DNA of 64,000 bases from Terracidiphilus sp. (GCA_050014455.1 JBEKDH010000001.1:6315-70314); one strand, 5' to 3'; numbered from the stretch's first letter, positions 47,824 through 58,408 are shown. Numbers and translations: made by a program. The notes: generated by a model from the letters alone, not told the origin.

Positions 47824-49326
47824 ATGGCTACCCTTTCCATCGACCCCCTGGTCAGCCGCACGACGGCTGACTTCGTCTCGCAAGAGCACCGCATGTACAT
47901 CGATGGCCGCTTCGTCGCCGCGGCCTCCGGCAAGACCTTTCCCGTATACAACCCCGCAACCGGCGATGTGATTACGCATGTTCCCGAAGCTGAAGAGGAG
48001 GATGTCAATCGGGCTGTGCTTGCCGCGCGGCGCGCCTTCGACGACGGACCGTGGACTCGCCTGTCGCCCTCCGAGCGCGGCCGCATGCTGTGGAAGCTGG
48101 GCGATTTGCTGGAACAGAACCTCAATGAATTCGCCGAGATTGAGTCCGTCGACAACGGCAAGCCTTACTCGGTGGCCCGTGTCGCGGACGTGCCGCTGGC
48201 CGTAGATATGTTTCGCTATATGGCCGGCTGGGCCACCAAAATCTCCGGAACGACCCTGCCCCTTTCTGCCGGCTACGACTTCCACTCCTACACCATGCGC
48301 GAACCCATCGGTGTGGTTGCGCAGATCATCCCCTGGAACTTTCCTCTGCTTATGGCCGTCTGGAAGCTCGCTCCCGCCCTGGCCTGCGGATGTACGGTCA
48401 TCCTGAAAGTTGCGGAGCAAACCCCGCTCTCGGGACTGCGCCTTGCCCAGCTTTTCGATGAAGCCGGCTTCCCGGTTGGAGTTGTCAACATTCTCACCGG
48501 CTATGGCGAAGGCGCCGGCGCGCCCCTCGCCGCCCATGATCTTGTGGATAAGGTCGCCTTCACTGGCTCGACGGAAGTGGGCAAGCTGATCGTCAAGGCT
48601 GCCGCCGGAAACCTCAAAAAGGTGAGCCTTGAACTCGGCGGAAAATCGCCCGTGATTGTCTTCCCCGATGCCCGTATCGATCAGGCAATCTCCGGCGCCT
48701 CCAGCGCGATCTTCTTCAACCACGGCCAGTGCTGCTGCGCCGGCTCACGCCTTTATGTGCACGAGAAGGTCTTTGACCAGGTTGTGGAAGGCGTCAGCCG
48801 CGAAGCATCCGGCATCCAGCTCGCGCCCGGCCTCGATCCCGGCTGCCAGATGGGACCGCTGGTCAGCGATGAGCAGTATCGCAAGGTAGTGAACTACATA
48901 GAATCCGGCATCGCGGAGGGTGCGCATATCGCCGCCGGCGGGCCTGCCTCGGGAGCGGAGCGCGGCTACTTTGTCCGCCCCACCGTTCTCACCAACACCA
49001 ACCCGGGCATGAAGGTTGTGCGGGAGGAGATTTTCGGTCCGGTGGTTTGCGCTGTGCCCTTCTCCGACGAAGGCCTGGAGCAGATTGTCAAGCGCGCCAA
49101 CGACACGATCTACGGACTGGCCGCATCCGTCTGGACGCAGAACCTGAGCGTGGCTCACAAGGTGGCCCGCGGCCTGCGCGCCGGGACGGTGTGGGTGAAC
49201 TGCCACAATGTCTTTGACGCCTCGCTGCCCTTCGGCGGATACCGGCAGTCCGGCTGGGGACGTGAAATGGGAGAAGAAGTCCTCCACAACTACACTGAAA
49301 TCAAGGCGGTGACGGTAGCCCTTTGA
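47824..49326 (+). CDS. NAD-dependent aldehyde dehydrogenase (phenylacetaldehyde-DH-like)
   Basis: IIPWNFP, FTGSTEVG, LELGGKSP, HGQCCCAGS, EEIFGPV, PFGGYRQSG; start ATG 47824. Confidence 0.93.
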   Translation: MATLSIDPLVSRTTADFVSQEHRMYIDGRFVAAASGKTFPVYNPATGDVITHVPEAEEEDVNRAVLAARRAFDDGPWTRLSPSERGRMLWKLGDLLEQNLNEFAEIESVDNGKPYSVARVADVPLAVDMFRYMAGWATKISGTTLPLSAGYDFHSYTMREPIGVVAQIIPWNFPLLMAVWKLAPALACGCTVILKVAEQTPLSGLRLAQLFDEAGFPVGVVNILTGYGEGAGAPLAAHDLVDKVAFTGSTEVGKLIVKAAAGNLKKVSLELGGKSPVIVFPDARIDQAISGASSAIFFNHGQCCCAGSRLYVHEKVFDQVVEGVSREASGIQLAPGLDPGCQMGPLVSDEQYRKVVNYIESGIAEGAHIAAGGPASGAERGYFVRPTVLTNTNPGMKVVREEIFGPVVCAVPFSDEGLEQIVKRANDTIYGLAASVWTQNLSVAHKVARGLRAGTVWVNCHNVFDASLPFGGYRQSGWGREMGEEVLHNYTEIKAVTVAL

Positions 49327-49392
49327 TCTTCAATGGCTTGCCACGGCGGGTTGCGTCCAGAGATGAACAGGCCGATAGCCGTGCAAATCCCC

Positions 49393-49535
49393 GTGCCCCA
49401 TCCTTTCGCCTTCATTCTGGCGAAAGGGTGGGAACCCTCCAACCTAAATCCGTCCCGTTCGTCCGGAGCGGAGTCCGCCCCGGCGGACGCGGTCGAAAGC
49501 CTGCCCAGAGCGAAGCCGAAGGGAACCTGCGGTTC
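49393..49535 (+). repeat. REP-like family A copy followed by a family D variant
   Basis: GTGCCCCATCCTTTCGCCTTCATTCTGGCGAAAGGGTGGGA, then ..GGAGCGGAG..GTCGAAAGCCTGCCCAGAGCGAAGCCGAAGGGAACCTGCGGTT. Confidence 0.7.
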
Positions 49536-49574
49536 CACCGCCGGACTTATGCAAGCAACTCCCGGGTCGCCACG

Positions 49575-50712
49575 CTACACTTCCAGATCGTCGTCCACTT
49601 CGGCGGCCACGGCGGTGCCGCGACGCTTTGCCAGCAGGTAGCCGCGCAGAAACGGCTCCAGATAGCCGTCCAGTACCTTGTCCACGTCGCCAACCTCGAC
49701 CTTGGTGCGGTGGTCCTTGGCGATCCGGTAAGGCTGCAGGACGTAAGAGCGTATCTGCGAGCCGAAGTTGATCTCCAGCTTCGAGTCTTCCAGCTTCTTG
49801 CTCACTGCCCGCTTCTTTTCGAGCTCGTATTCGTAGAGGCGGGAGCGCAGCATCTTCATGGCCTTGTCGCGGTTCTTGTGCTGGCTGCGCTCGTTCTGGC
49901 ATTGCACGACAATTCCGGTAGGCAGGTGCGTCATGCGCACGGCGGAGTCGGTGGTGTTCACATGCTGGCCGCCCTTGCCGCCGGAGCGGTAGGTATCGAT
50001 GCGCAGGTCTTCCAGCTTCAGGTCCACATGGATGGTCTCGTCGATCTCCGGCGAAACGTAGACCGAGGCAAACGACGTGTGCCGCCGCTTGGCCTGGTCG
50101 AAGGGCGAGATGCGCACCAGCCGGTGGACGCCGCTCTCGCCGGCCAGTTGCCCAAAGGCGTACTCGCCCAGAATGGTGAATGTAGCCGACTTGATGCCCG
50201 CCTCTTCGCCGTCCTGGTAGTCGTTGATCTCCGTCTTGAAGCCCAGCTGCTCGGCCCAGCGCAGATACATGCGCATCAGCATCTCGGCCCAGTCCTGGCT
50301 CTCGGTGCCGCCCGCGCCGGGGTGCACGGTGACGATGGCATTCAGCGGATCGGCCTCGCCGTTGAGCATGGTCCGCGCCTCCAGATCCTCGTTGAAGGCG
50401 GCCAGGGCCTTGATGTCGCGCTCCAAATCGGCCAGCACGTCTTCGCCCTCGCGGGCCAGCTCGAAGTAGGCCTCGATGTCGCTCGACCGGCGCACCAGCT
50501 CCTCGTCGTCGGCCACCATGTTTTCCAGCCGCTTCTTCTCCCGCATCAAAGGCTTGGTAGCGTTGGGATCGGACCACAGCGCCGGATCGGCCAGCCTGGT
50601 TTCGATTGCGGCTAGTTCCCGGCGCAGGCGGGCCGGGTCAAAGATACTCCCGCAGGTCGCGCACTTGATCGCGCACCGGAGCGTAAGCGAATTCGAGATC
50701 GTTCAACGACAT
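49575..50712 (-). CDS. prfB: Peptide chain release factor 2, join(50641..50712, 49575..50639), programmed +1 frameshift
   Basis: MSLNDLEF..LREYL, then GGGAG-TAT-CTT-TGA-C slippery site; SPF anticodon-mimic and GGQ motifs; 378 aa. Confidence 0.95.
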
Positions 50713-50867
50713 GGCTTGGCTCGTATGACCTGACTTTGGGTTGGACTGTGAGGTGGCGTTCTCTCGACTGTTTTTAGAATACCACTGGACCCGTTGCGGC
50801 GGTTCGACGGCGCGCGGGGGCAATCGCAAGAACAAAGGGCCACGGGTTACTCCCGTAGGGCGTTGTC

Positions 50868-50932
50868 GAGAATAGCCCAGGGTGAAACCCAGGGAGAGCG
50901 TTTGGAAGGGAATCTCCGCCCCGGCGGGGCGG
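50868..50932 (+). repeat. Palindromic repeat family C copy
   Basis: GAGAATAGCCCAGGGTGAAACCCAGGG..CCGCCCCGGCGGGGCGG. Confidence 0.6.
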
Positions 50933-51048
50933 TGCGAGGCACAAACAGAGAGGGAGTATCGGCCAGCGAAGGAGCATGTGCTCGACGTCGACTTGATTTG
51001 TGTACTCATTTGTGTACATAATGGTGGAGAGCAACGGCGGGCAAGGAG

Positions 51049-51327
51049 CTCGAATTCGAGTGGGACGAAGCCAAGGCCAGAATCAATCTGGAGAAGCATA
51101 GGGCTTCGTTTCTGACCGCCGCGGCGATCTTTTTGAACGAGCGATTGGAGCGCATCGATGACCGCGAGGAGTACGGCGAGCTGCGCTGGATCGCCCTGGG
51201 ACGCGTTGACGACGAGGTCTATCGCGTTGTCTTTACATGGCGCGGCGAGAATCTGATTCGCCTCATCAGCGCCCAGAAAGCGAGCAAAGATGAACGGGAA
51301 ATCTACTATCGTGAGACATTCGCTTAG
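51049..51327 (+). pseudogene. brnT: BrnT-family toxin lacking a canonical in-frame start codon
   Basis: In-frame LEFEWDEAKARINLEKH..DREEYGELRWIALG..VVFTWRGENLIRLISAQKA; no ATG/GTG/TTG between TAA 51019-21 and TTG 51133. Confidence 0.7.
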
Positions 51328-51580
51328 CGAGATCGGCGCCATGCGCGAACTCGGCGAAGACCCGGCCAGCTCGAATGCACCGGAGGCCGAGTCGCTGGGC
51401 GCGGAGTTCTGGCGCTCCGCGCGGGTGGTGGTGCCGAGTGGAAAGACCTCCGTTCACCTGCGCCTCGACAGCGATGTGGTCGAGTGGTTCCGGGCGCGCG
51501 GCAAAGGGCACCTGACGCGCATGAATGCCGTCCTCCGCGCTTACGTCGAAGCGCAAAAACAACACCCGCGGTTGAGCTAA
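51290..51580 (+). CDS. brnA: BrnA-family antitoxin (DUF4415)
   Basis: KTSVHLRLDSDVVEWFRARGKGHLTRMNAVLRAY; overlaps the brnT 3' end. Confidence 0.88.
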   Translation: MNGKSTIVRHSLSEIGAMRELGEDPASSNAPEAESLGAEFWRSARVVVPSGKTSVHLRLDSDVVEWFRARGKGHLTRMNAVLRAYVEAQKQHPRLS

Positions 51581-51730
51581 CCGCCAGACACGGCGCTGCG
51601 CCTGGCGCAGTTCTTCGGCAACAGCCCGGAGTTCTGGCTCAACCTCCAGCAGATGGACGACCTGTCAAAGGCCCCGCTTGAACTGAGCAAGATAATTGAG
51701 CGGGACGCTGAGGCCTACGCCCGGGCGTGA
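51581..51730 (+). pseudogene. HigA-type (VapI-like HTH) antitoxin C-terminal remnant
   Basis: PDTALRLAQFFGNSPEFWLNLQQMDDL; no start codon or N-terminal HTH. Confidence 0.75.
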
Positions 51731-51797
51731 GTGGATTGGATTGAGGTATGAATCCGAGTTTCGATCCGCTGCGGCGGACCGGACCAGGGCCATCCGC

Positions 51798-52907
51798 CTA
51801 ATTCTTGACAGGCGCAAGCGAGCCGCCTTCCAGCCAGTTCTCGACGCGCATTACTTCGTCGTCTTTGGCATTCGGTCCGTCGCCGAGCGGCAGATAGATG
51901 TCGGGCATCACGCCGATGCCATCCACCGGCATGGCCGGAATGCGGAACGAGCGTGTAGTCGCGTATTCAAGAACGTGCTTGCCCGAGGGCATCGTCCAGG
52001 GACGCACGTTCGAAACATCGATCATGCCATAGGTGTGGCGGCCAATCAGCTTGACGCTGAAGCTCTGGCGCACAGTCAGCAAAAACTGTTCGCAGGAACT
52101 GATGCAGTCGTGATCGATGAGCACGGCGACGCGCGCGGGCCGGTGCGGTTCAATCCTATCAGCGCGGCGAAACACCAAAGGCCCATTTTCACTCTCGGGA
52201 ACGTATTCGCCGGTCTTGGCTTTGCTCATCCGGTCGGCAATTGGCCCCAGCACCTTGGGGCATTCGGTGTCGGTGGGGAATGCGGCGCACAATTCCCGTT
52301 GCGCCTGGATGTTGTGGGCCGTTACCAGATACGCGACCTGGACCTCGGTAAAATCATCGGCCATCAGCCACCGCAATAAGGGAGCGTAGCTGTCGTCGAA
52401 GCCGCCCTGGTTGTCGCGCACGTCGATGATCCAGTTGGGATGCGATGCCAGCACGTCATGCTGTTTCGCGTTCATCGCTTCCAGGTCCTGGCCCACGGTG
52501 GCTTCAAAATCGGGCAGCGTCAGCAGCAGCGTCTTCTCGCTCAGCACCTTCAACACGGCGTGGTTGCCCGGTTGCGGAGTGGAAGGCACAGCGTTCTCTG
52601 CCTTCTTCGGCGCAGGGTATTGAGCCCACAAGTGGCCATCGCGCCAGGCCAGCAGATACTTGGTCAGAACGGCAAAGCACTCGTTGTCGGTTGCGATCTT
52701 GGCGGCATCGGCCCTGGCGGCGGCGAGCGCGTCGTCAAAACGCTTCTGGCCCTTTTGCGCCATTTCGTCTTTGCCGCCGGCGTCGTTGGCCAGCATGAAG
52801 GCCGGAATGGCATCGAGATCGCGCACGCAGCTCTGGGCGGGCGTTTCCTGTGCGTGGATGTGGATTGAAGAGGAAAGAAAGAAAACAAGAAGAAGTGCCT
52901 TTTTCAT
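51798..52907 (-). CDS. S41 family peptidase, secreted
   Basis: IIDVRDNQGG, CISSCEQF catalytic Ser region, LIGRHTYG, GIGVMPDI; start ATG 52907. Confidence 0.85.
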   Translation of the reverse strand: MKKALLLVFFLSSSIHIHAQETPAQSCVRDLDAIPAFMLANDAGGKDEMAQKGQKRFDDALAAARADAAKIATDNECFAVLTKYLLAWRDGHLWAQYPAPKKAENAVPSTPQPGNHAVLKVLSEKTLLLTLPDFEATVGQDLEAMNAKQHDVLASHPNWIIDVRDNQGGFDDSYAPLLRWLMADDFTEVQVAYLVTAHNIQAQRELCAAFPTDTECPKVLGPIADRMSKAKTGEYVPESENGPLVFRRADRIEPHRPARVAVLIDHDCISSCEQFLLTVRQSFSVKLIGRHTYGMIDVSNVRPWTMPSGKHVLEYATTRSFRIPAMPVDGIGVMPDIYLPLGDGPNAKDDEVMRVENWLEGGSLAPVKN

Positions 52908-53412
52908 CAAGCGTCCTCGTGCACTGTGCATTAAAACGAAATACACCGGGATTCTATCACCCGCATTTGTGTTGCCGGGTGCCCCAGGCCCGGTCCTTCT
53001 TCCCCGCTGACTGCACAGCCCCCAGGTGGAAAGACATTGGGTCTGCCGTGCTACTGGCAGCGGAGCTGAAGGGACATGCTTGCGGCGTCGGCGGTTTGCC
53101 CATCTGCCATAGGTTCAAGAACATAGATATGGGCGGCGGGCGACCAAGATCCCCTTCGGCAGAAGAACCAGAGTATGGGTGCCCCAGATGCTGATCTTGG
53201 GAACTGCCTGAGACCGCGTAGAACTCAACCTTCCGAGCAGTCGATTTGGGCTCAGACGACCATTCCTGAGACAGAGACTGCTTCCCTCATAGATCCCACA
53301 TTCCCCGGTCCAAGAATCGAGTCCCTTCGACAAACTCCAGGCAAACTCTGGAACGTCCTGTTTCCTCGCTCCGCAGGCGCGGACCATCCGCCCGCTGGTC
53401 CCGCGCCGGCTC

Positions 53413-55005
53413 TCAATAGACCGCATTCGGGTGCTGGGTGACGGTCTGCGCCACGACAATGGGTGGACCGACAGCCGGGTCGAGTGCGCCGTTCTGCGGG
53501 AAGACCCAGCCGTTGACGGAGACCACGTCGTTGTTTGCCAAGCCGGAAAAGTTTTCCGGGTTGAAGCCCTGATAGGTGGTCTGCGAAGTCGTTTCCACCA
53601 TCAACTGCCCGGAACTGGAAGCAGCACTGGCGGACCACGGGCCGAGGAAGATGCCCGGGAAACTGTTGAGGACGAAGCCCGACGAACCGAGCGAGGATAT
53701 GGCGCCTGTGATCTGGCTGGGCTCTAATTGGAGGCTGCTGGCGGTGAACATGGGCTCCAGAGGCAGTCCCCAGGCGCCCAAACCGGGCGACGCAACGGGC
53801 GTGGGCGGTTGCAATGATCCCGGAGCGACCGTAACCTGGACGGTTTGGCCGACGCAGAGGTCAAGAGAAGACGCAAAAGTAAAGCCGGAGGGAATGGTGA
53901 AGCCGTTCGCGTCGATGGAGAAGGCGGTGGCGGTGTGTCCGGCCGTTCCCGGCGCCCAAACGGCCACGAGGGCCATGGCGCCAACCGGCAAGCTGGTGCT
54001 GGCGGTGGGGTTCTGATGGAGAATGACTTGGATCATGGTTTCGCCCACCGGCAGCGGGAGCGGAGGAATGCCGACAATGGTGCCGACGACGGTCTGCTGG
54101 CTGGGCGCCTGGGTGTATGTGATCTGAGCGGCGGCTAGGACTCCGCTAGTTTGGACGCTGGCGACCTGGACTTGGAGGATTTGGCCTTGAGCGATGCAAG
54201 AGAAGCCGGCCGCCGAGCAGGCGGAAGATGGAAAGTCGTCGTAGGTGGTGGAAGTGGAAGTGGAGACGGTGAAGGTGCGGCCGTCGGGAGTCGTCAGCGT
54301 GAACTGGCCGAGGCTCGAGTTGACCGTGGCGACCGATCCGACGAGGGCGCCGAATTGGGCCGGGATGTTGGGAGCCGACGGGGGCTGGAGCTGCGAGACC
54401 GTAACGCCATTGGCGACGCCTAGGTTGACGGAGAGATCGGACTGGATGATGGTGTTGAGGTGATAGTCGATGAGGAAGCCGAGCGGCAAGCCGGCAGCCA
54501 CGGTAACGGGAAATGGACTGGATGAAAGGTTGACGGTGGCGGAGCTGTCGATGGCCGGGGTAAGCTGGCAGACGCTGCCCACTGCGCAGGTGCCGGCTAT
54601 CGACTGATCTGAGTTATTGACGATCACCAGTTGAGGGTTGGCAAAGGTGAGGCTCAAGCTCGAGTAATTCCCTGCCGGCACGTTGGCGGTGCTCAGAAAA
54701 GCTGAGAGCGCCTGGAGTTGGGTGACGTCTATCTCGATGGGATTGCCATTGGGGAGAAGCGAAACCCCCAATCCCGACGCGGGCTGAAGCGTGGCGGCCG
54801 TCAGGCTGACCTGGAAGAAGAGAACCGAGACGCCGGCAGGCGGGTCGTCTGTGATGGTGAGGGAGACGGGAACCGTGCTCGCGGGCGGTGTTTCAATCTG
54901 GTTCGTTCCTTGGTTCAGGCTGGTAATCGCCGAGCCGCAGCCGGATAACCAGGCCGCGACGGCGGCCGTGACGAAGATGGCAAGGATGGAGATAGCCTTA
55001 CGCAT
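53413..55005 (-). CDS. Lipoprotein of DUF4382/DUF5666 type
   Basis: Lipobox LSGC; VSLTITDDPP; Ser/Thr-rich beta repeats. Confidence 0.75.
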   Translation of the reverse strand: MRKAISILAIFVTAAVAAWLSGCGSAITSLNQGTNQIETPPASTVPVSLTITDDPPAGVSVLFFQVSLTAATLQPASGLGVSLLPNGNPIEIDVTQLQALSAFLSTANVPAGNYSSLSLTFANPQLVIVNNSDQSIAGTCAVGSVCQLTPAIDSSATVNLSSSPFPVTVAAGLPLGFLIDYHLNTIIQSDLSVNLGVANGVTVSQLQPPSAPNIPAQFGALVGSVATVNSSLGQFTLTTPDGRTFTVSTSTSTTYDDFPSSACSAAGFSCIAQGQILQVQVASVQTSGVLAAAQITYTQAPSQQTVVGTIVGIPPLPLPVGETMIQVILHQNPTASTSLPVGAMALVAVWAPGTAGHTATAFSIDANGFTIPSGFTFASSLDLCVGQTVQVTVAPGSLQPPTPVASPGLGAWGLPLEPMFTASSLQLEPSQITGAISSLGSSGFVLNSFPGIFLGPWSASAASSSGQLMVETTSQTTYQGFNPENFSGLANNDVVSVNGWVFPQNGALDPAVGPPIVVAQTVTQHPNAVY

Positions 55006-55280
55006 AGTGCTCCTTCTTGGCGGGCGGGAGCGCTTCAGGCTGGCTCACCGCGCGTTCACGTCGCGATGGCGAAGGGCAACTTGTTCGGCTCGATTCTCCC
55101 ACGCAGTCTTCCAGGGGCTATTCGCGCTCGAAGCTCTGCGGGACACAGGAGATCAGGGCCGGGCCCTCTGGGGTCACCGCGCTGCAAGTGTAGACGTTAT
55201 TCCTGGCGAAAGTTGAGGCATTCCGCTGGAAAACCTCTCCTTATTTCAGGTTGCGCGAAGGTGGACCGACGGGGATGCGC

Positions 55281-56495
55281 CTACCTTGGCTTGTCGATGC
55301 GGACTAACAGCACGTCATGGCTCTCGATCTCAATGGGCTGCTGGTCGGTGAGGGTGATAGGCTTGCCGGTCCAGAGGTCTTTGCCGGCCTGCGGGCCGTG
55401 CAGGCCGAGCTTGGCCAGGTTGAGGTGGAAGGGGTGGGTGGAGTAGCGGCTGTCGCCCACGGCGACGATGGCTACGGCGATGGCTCCGCCCTGGAGCTGG
55501 CGCGTCCAGACCTCGACCTCGCCGTCGGAGTAGGCGCGAACGCCCTGGCGGCCCAGCGGATCCTGGTCGATGGCGATCACGTCGCGATTGGTAAGGATGG
55601 CCTTGATCTCGGGCTTCATGTGGGGCAGGTCGTTGCCGGCCAGCAGGGGCGCGGCCAGCATGGCCCAGAGGGTGAAGTGGGTGCGGTTCTCGGCCAGCGA
55701 GAGCTTGCCGTTGCCCACTTCGAGCATGTCGGGATCGTTCCAGTGTCCGGGGCCGGCGTAGCTCTCAAGGCCGGCCTGCTGGCTGACGATCGAGTAGATG
55801 CGATCCCAGTGGGGCGTGATGTCGCCGGTGGTGCGCCAGAGGTTGCCGCCGAGGGCGGGCGCCCACTCCCAGACCGCATCCCAGCCGTACTGGCAGAGGG
55901 AGAGGACGATGGGGCGGCCGGTGGCCTTGAGGGCCTTGCTCATCTTGTCGTAGGCGGCGATCATGAGGCGCATCTGCTCCGCCTTGTCGCTGGGAGCCTG
56001 CTTCTCCATCACGTCGGGGATGAAGCTGCACAGGTCGTACTTGAGGTAGTCGATGCCCCACTGGGCGTACATCTGGGCGTCCTGCTCCTCGTGGCCCAGC
56101 GAGCCTGCGTAGCCGCCGCAGGTCTTGGAGCCGGGCCCGGAGTAGATGCCGATCTTGAGGCCCTTGGAGTGGACGTAATCGGCCAGCGCCTTCATGTCAG
56201 GGAATTTGGAGTTGGTGTGCAGGACGCCGGCCGCGTCGCGCTCGCCCTCCCAGGTGTCGTCGATGTTGACGTAGATGTAGCCGGCGTCCTTCATGCCGGA
56301 CGACACGATCAGATCGGCCGAGTCGCGGATGTCCTTGTCGGTGACCTTTTCGGCAAAGTAATTCCAACTGTTCCAGCCCATGGGCGGGGTTTGGGCCACC
56401 ACCTGCGGCATCTGCGGCGCGGCTGGCGTTTGGGCAGAGGCGGTAACCGAAGCGACGGCGAGAAGGGCAAGGGAGAGCGAAGCGAAAATGCGCAT
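55281..56495 (-). CDS. Alpha-galactosidase GH27, secreted
   Basis: TPPMGWNSWN, YVNIDDTWEG, GIDYLKYDLC, WRTTGDI, WNDPDMLEVG, APLLAGND. Confidence 0.93.
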   Translation of the reverse strand: MRIFASLSLALLAVASVTASAQTPAAPQMPQVVAQTPPMGWNSWNYFAEKVTDKDIRDSADLIVSSGMKDAGYIYVNIDDTWEGERDAAGVLHTNSKFPDMKALADYVHSKGLKIGIYSGPGSKTCGGYAGSLGHEEQDAQMYAQWGIDYLKYDLCSFIPDVMEKQAPSDKAEQMRLMIAAYDKMSKALKATGRPIVLSLCQYGWDAVWEWAPALGGNLWRTTGDITPHWDRIYSIVSQQAGLESYAGPGHWNDPDMLEVGNGKLSLAENRTHFTLWAMLAAPLLAGNDLPHMKPEIKAILTNRDVIAIDQDPLGRQGVRAYSDGEVEVWTRQLQGGAIAVAIVAVGDSRYSTHPFHLNLAKLGLHGPQAGKDLWTGKPITLTDQQPIEIESHDVLLVRIDKPR

Positions 56496-56673
56496 GATGG
56501 ATCCTCTCTGAATACGATTGCAGGAGAATTCTATGCCGCGGAGCCGGGGGGCGGCAATCGCCAGGTAGGGCCGCTCGCAGCCGGGAGCCGCGAGAAGAAC
56601 TCGCCGGCCGGCTCAATGCGAGAACAGGACGGGCGTACCCTATTCAACAGGAGATCGTGGAAGGGAGCTTCGT

Positions 56674-57204
56674 TTGCCGATGGCAGCCATGGACGCAGAT
56701 GTGACTACGCTTTTTCTTGAGTTTTCCCGCCGCCAGCTGCTGGAGCAGTATTGGCCGCGCTTGCAGGCATGCGCCGAATCGCTGACGGATGAGCAGGTCT
56801 GGTGGCAGCCGAACGCAGCCTCGAACAGCATCGGGAATCTGATTCTGCATTTGAACGGCAACGTGCGGCAGTGGCTGGTGGACTCGTTCAACCGGTCGGA
56901 AGACAAGCGTGACCGGCCCGCCGAGTTCGCGGCCGAGGGTGGGATTCCGGCCTCTGCGTTGCTCGAAAGACTCGGCGCGGCCATGTACGAGGCGTCGCAG
57001 GTTCTGGCGCGGCTGACGCAGGCCGACCTGGTTGCTCCATACGAAATTCAGGGTTACCACGTTAGTGGGCTCGAAGCTGTCTATCAGGTCGTGGAGCACT
57101 TCGGGATGCACTACGGGCAGATCGCCTATGTTGCCAAGAGCCTGACTGGCGCGGATTTGGGATTCTACAAGGAGTTGAGCAAGACAGGGAAGGCGGAAAA
57201 ATGA
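56674..57204 (+). CDS. DinB-superfamily protein (DUF1572-like)
   Basis: NSIGNLILHLNGNVRQW, RDRPAEF, VEHFGMHYGQI; start could be 56674, 56680 or 56689. Confidence 0.85.
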   Translation: MPMAAMDADVTTLFLEFSRRQLLEQYWPRLQACAESLTDEQVWWQPNAASNSIGNLILHLNGNVRQWLVDSFNRSEDKRDRPAEFAAEGGIPASALLERLGAAMYEASQVLARLTQADLVAPYEIQGYHVSGLEAVYQVVEHFGMHYGQIAYVAKSLTGADLGFYKELSKTGKAEK

Positions 57205-57251
57205 GAGCGAAGCAGGATGCTGGTGCGATTTTCGGTTTGGAGCTGAAAGCA

Positions 57252-58052
57252 ATGCGGAAGAGTTTGAGTGTTACTCTTGCAGTTTTGTTTCTGGTTGCGA
57301 TGCGAGCTGTTGCAGCAGAGCCGCAACAGCAAGTTGTTTTGTGGCCAAATGCGGAACATCCCGTGCTTCGCTTCACATTTAGCAGGTTCAAAGACCTTGG
57401 AGGTTCGGTGGGTAGCCAGCGACCCTTTGCCATTGACACAACAGCTGAGAACCTGTCAGACAAATTGGTTTCGAGCGAGCGCTTCACGCTTTACGTTTTT
57501 GACAGGAAGCAGATCAGAATCGGTGAGGCTTGGATGACAGTGAGCGACCTGGGCCCGGGCCAGACAGTAAAGTTCCAGACATCGGTGATGGCGTCGGGCG
57601 CGCCCTACACGGTGCAGGTGGTAGCGCTCTCAGCCGCGCAGAAGGCTATTACACTGACGGTAAACTCCGTTCCGGAAGGCGCGCTGTTGAAGGTGGACGA
57701 CGAGGATGCCGGGACGACTCCACGACTGATCAGTATTGGGCCGGGCAAACACCGGCTTTCGTTCAGCAAGGATGGCTTCAGGTCAGGGGTATTTCCGCTG
57801 GAGATTGGCGCTAGCGACGTATCGGGCGGCAGCGTGAGCTTCGAATTGGGCGCGGCGCAGTTTGACACGATTGAACTGCGCGATGGTACCGTGCTGAACG
57901 GAGATCTTAACTCAGTGGAGGGAATGGATGTGGTGGTGCGCGTGGGGGGAGAGCTCCAGCGCATCGACCGGAACAAAGTGAAGCGGATTCTGCTGGTGGA
58001 GCGCGAAGCGCCAGAGCCGTCGAGTCTGCCGCCAGCAGAGCCGAAGCAGTAG
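57252..58052 (+). CDS. PEGA-domain secreted protein
   Basis: Signal peptide; LTVNSVPEGALLKVDD..GTTP..GKHRLSFSKDGF PEGA motif. Confidence 0.8.
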   Translation: MRKSLSVTLAVLFLVAMRAVAAEPQQQVVLWPNAEHPVLRFTFSRFKDLGGSVGSQRPFAIDTTAENLSDKLVSSERFTLYVFDRKQIRIGEAWMTVSDLGPGQTVKFQTSVMASGAPYTVQVVALSAAQKAITLTVNSVPEGALLKVDDEDAGTTPRLISIGPGKHRLSFSKDGFRSGVFPLEIGASDVSGGSVSFELGAAQFDTIELRDGTVLNGDLNSVEGMDVVVRVGGELQRIDRNKVKRILLVEREAPEPSSLPPAEPKQ

Positions 58053-58147
58053 GGGCGAGTTACATTAGAGCGGTTTCACAATTCAGCTGCCTCCTCCAGT
58101 AGCGTGCAAAATGGTCTCTTGGAGCTTGCAATCGTGCAACCGGCAAA

Positions 58148-58342
58148 GCGAGCCCATGTCGATCACAAAGCGGTACTTCGCGCCCTGACGCAACATCCGT
58201 TCGTCGGCTTTGTTGATCCGATGGATGGGAATGACTTCGACATCGGAGGGGATGTTGTGCTCGCAGCAGCAGTCGGGCATCTGGCGCGTCCCGGCATGCT
58301 GCCGATCAGGAAGCTGGAGAGCGCGGCGCGCTTGAAGACATG
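58148..58342 (-). pseudogene. Frameshifted duplicate of the 3' end of the alcohol dehydrogenase gene
   Basis: VFKRAALSSFLIGSMP / TRQMPDCCCEHNIPSDVEVIPIHRINKADERMLRQGAKYRFVIDM parallels the C-terminus of 59460..60506. Confidence 0.85.
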
Positions 58343-58408
58343 GGCCACTCACCTTGATCGCAAGCCGAACAAGGCCGGGCCGACGGAAGCAGCACTTCAA
58401 ATAAATAC

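Noticed and set aside
49575-50712. prfB as a frameshifted pseudogene
   Set aside because: CTT-TGA-C with an upstream GGGAG is the canonical autoregulatory +1 frameshift. It is a well-known feature, not decay.
50713-51342. 234-aa minus-strand ORF 50638..51342 as a real gene
   Set aside because: Only its last 24 codons are real (the prfB N-terminus). The rest is antisense to brnT and a repeat.
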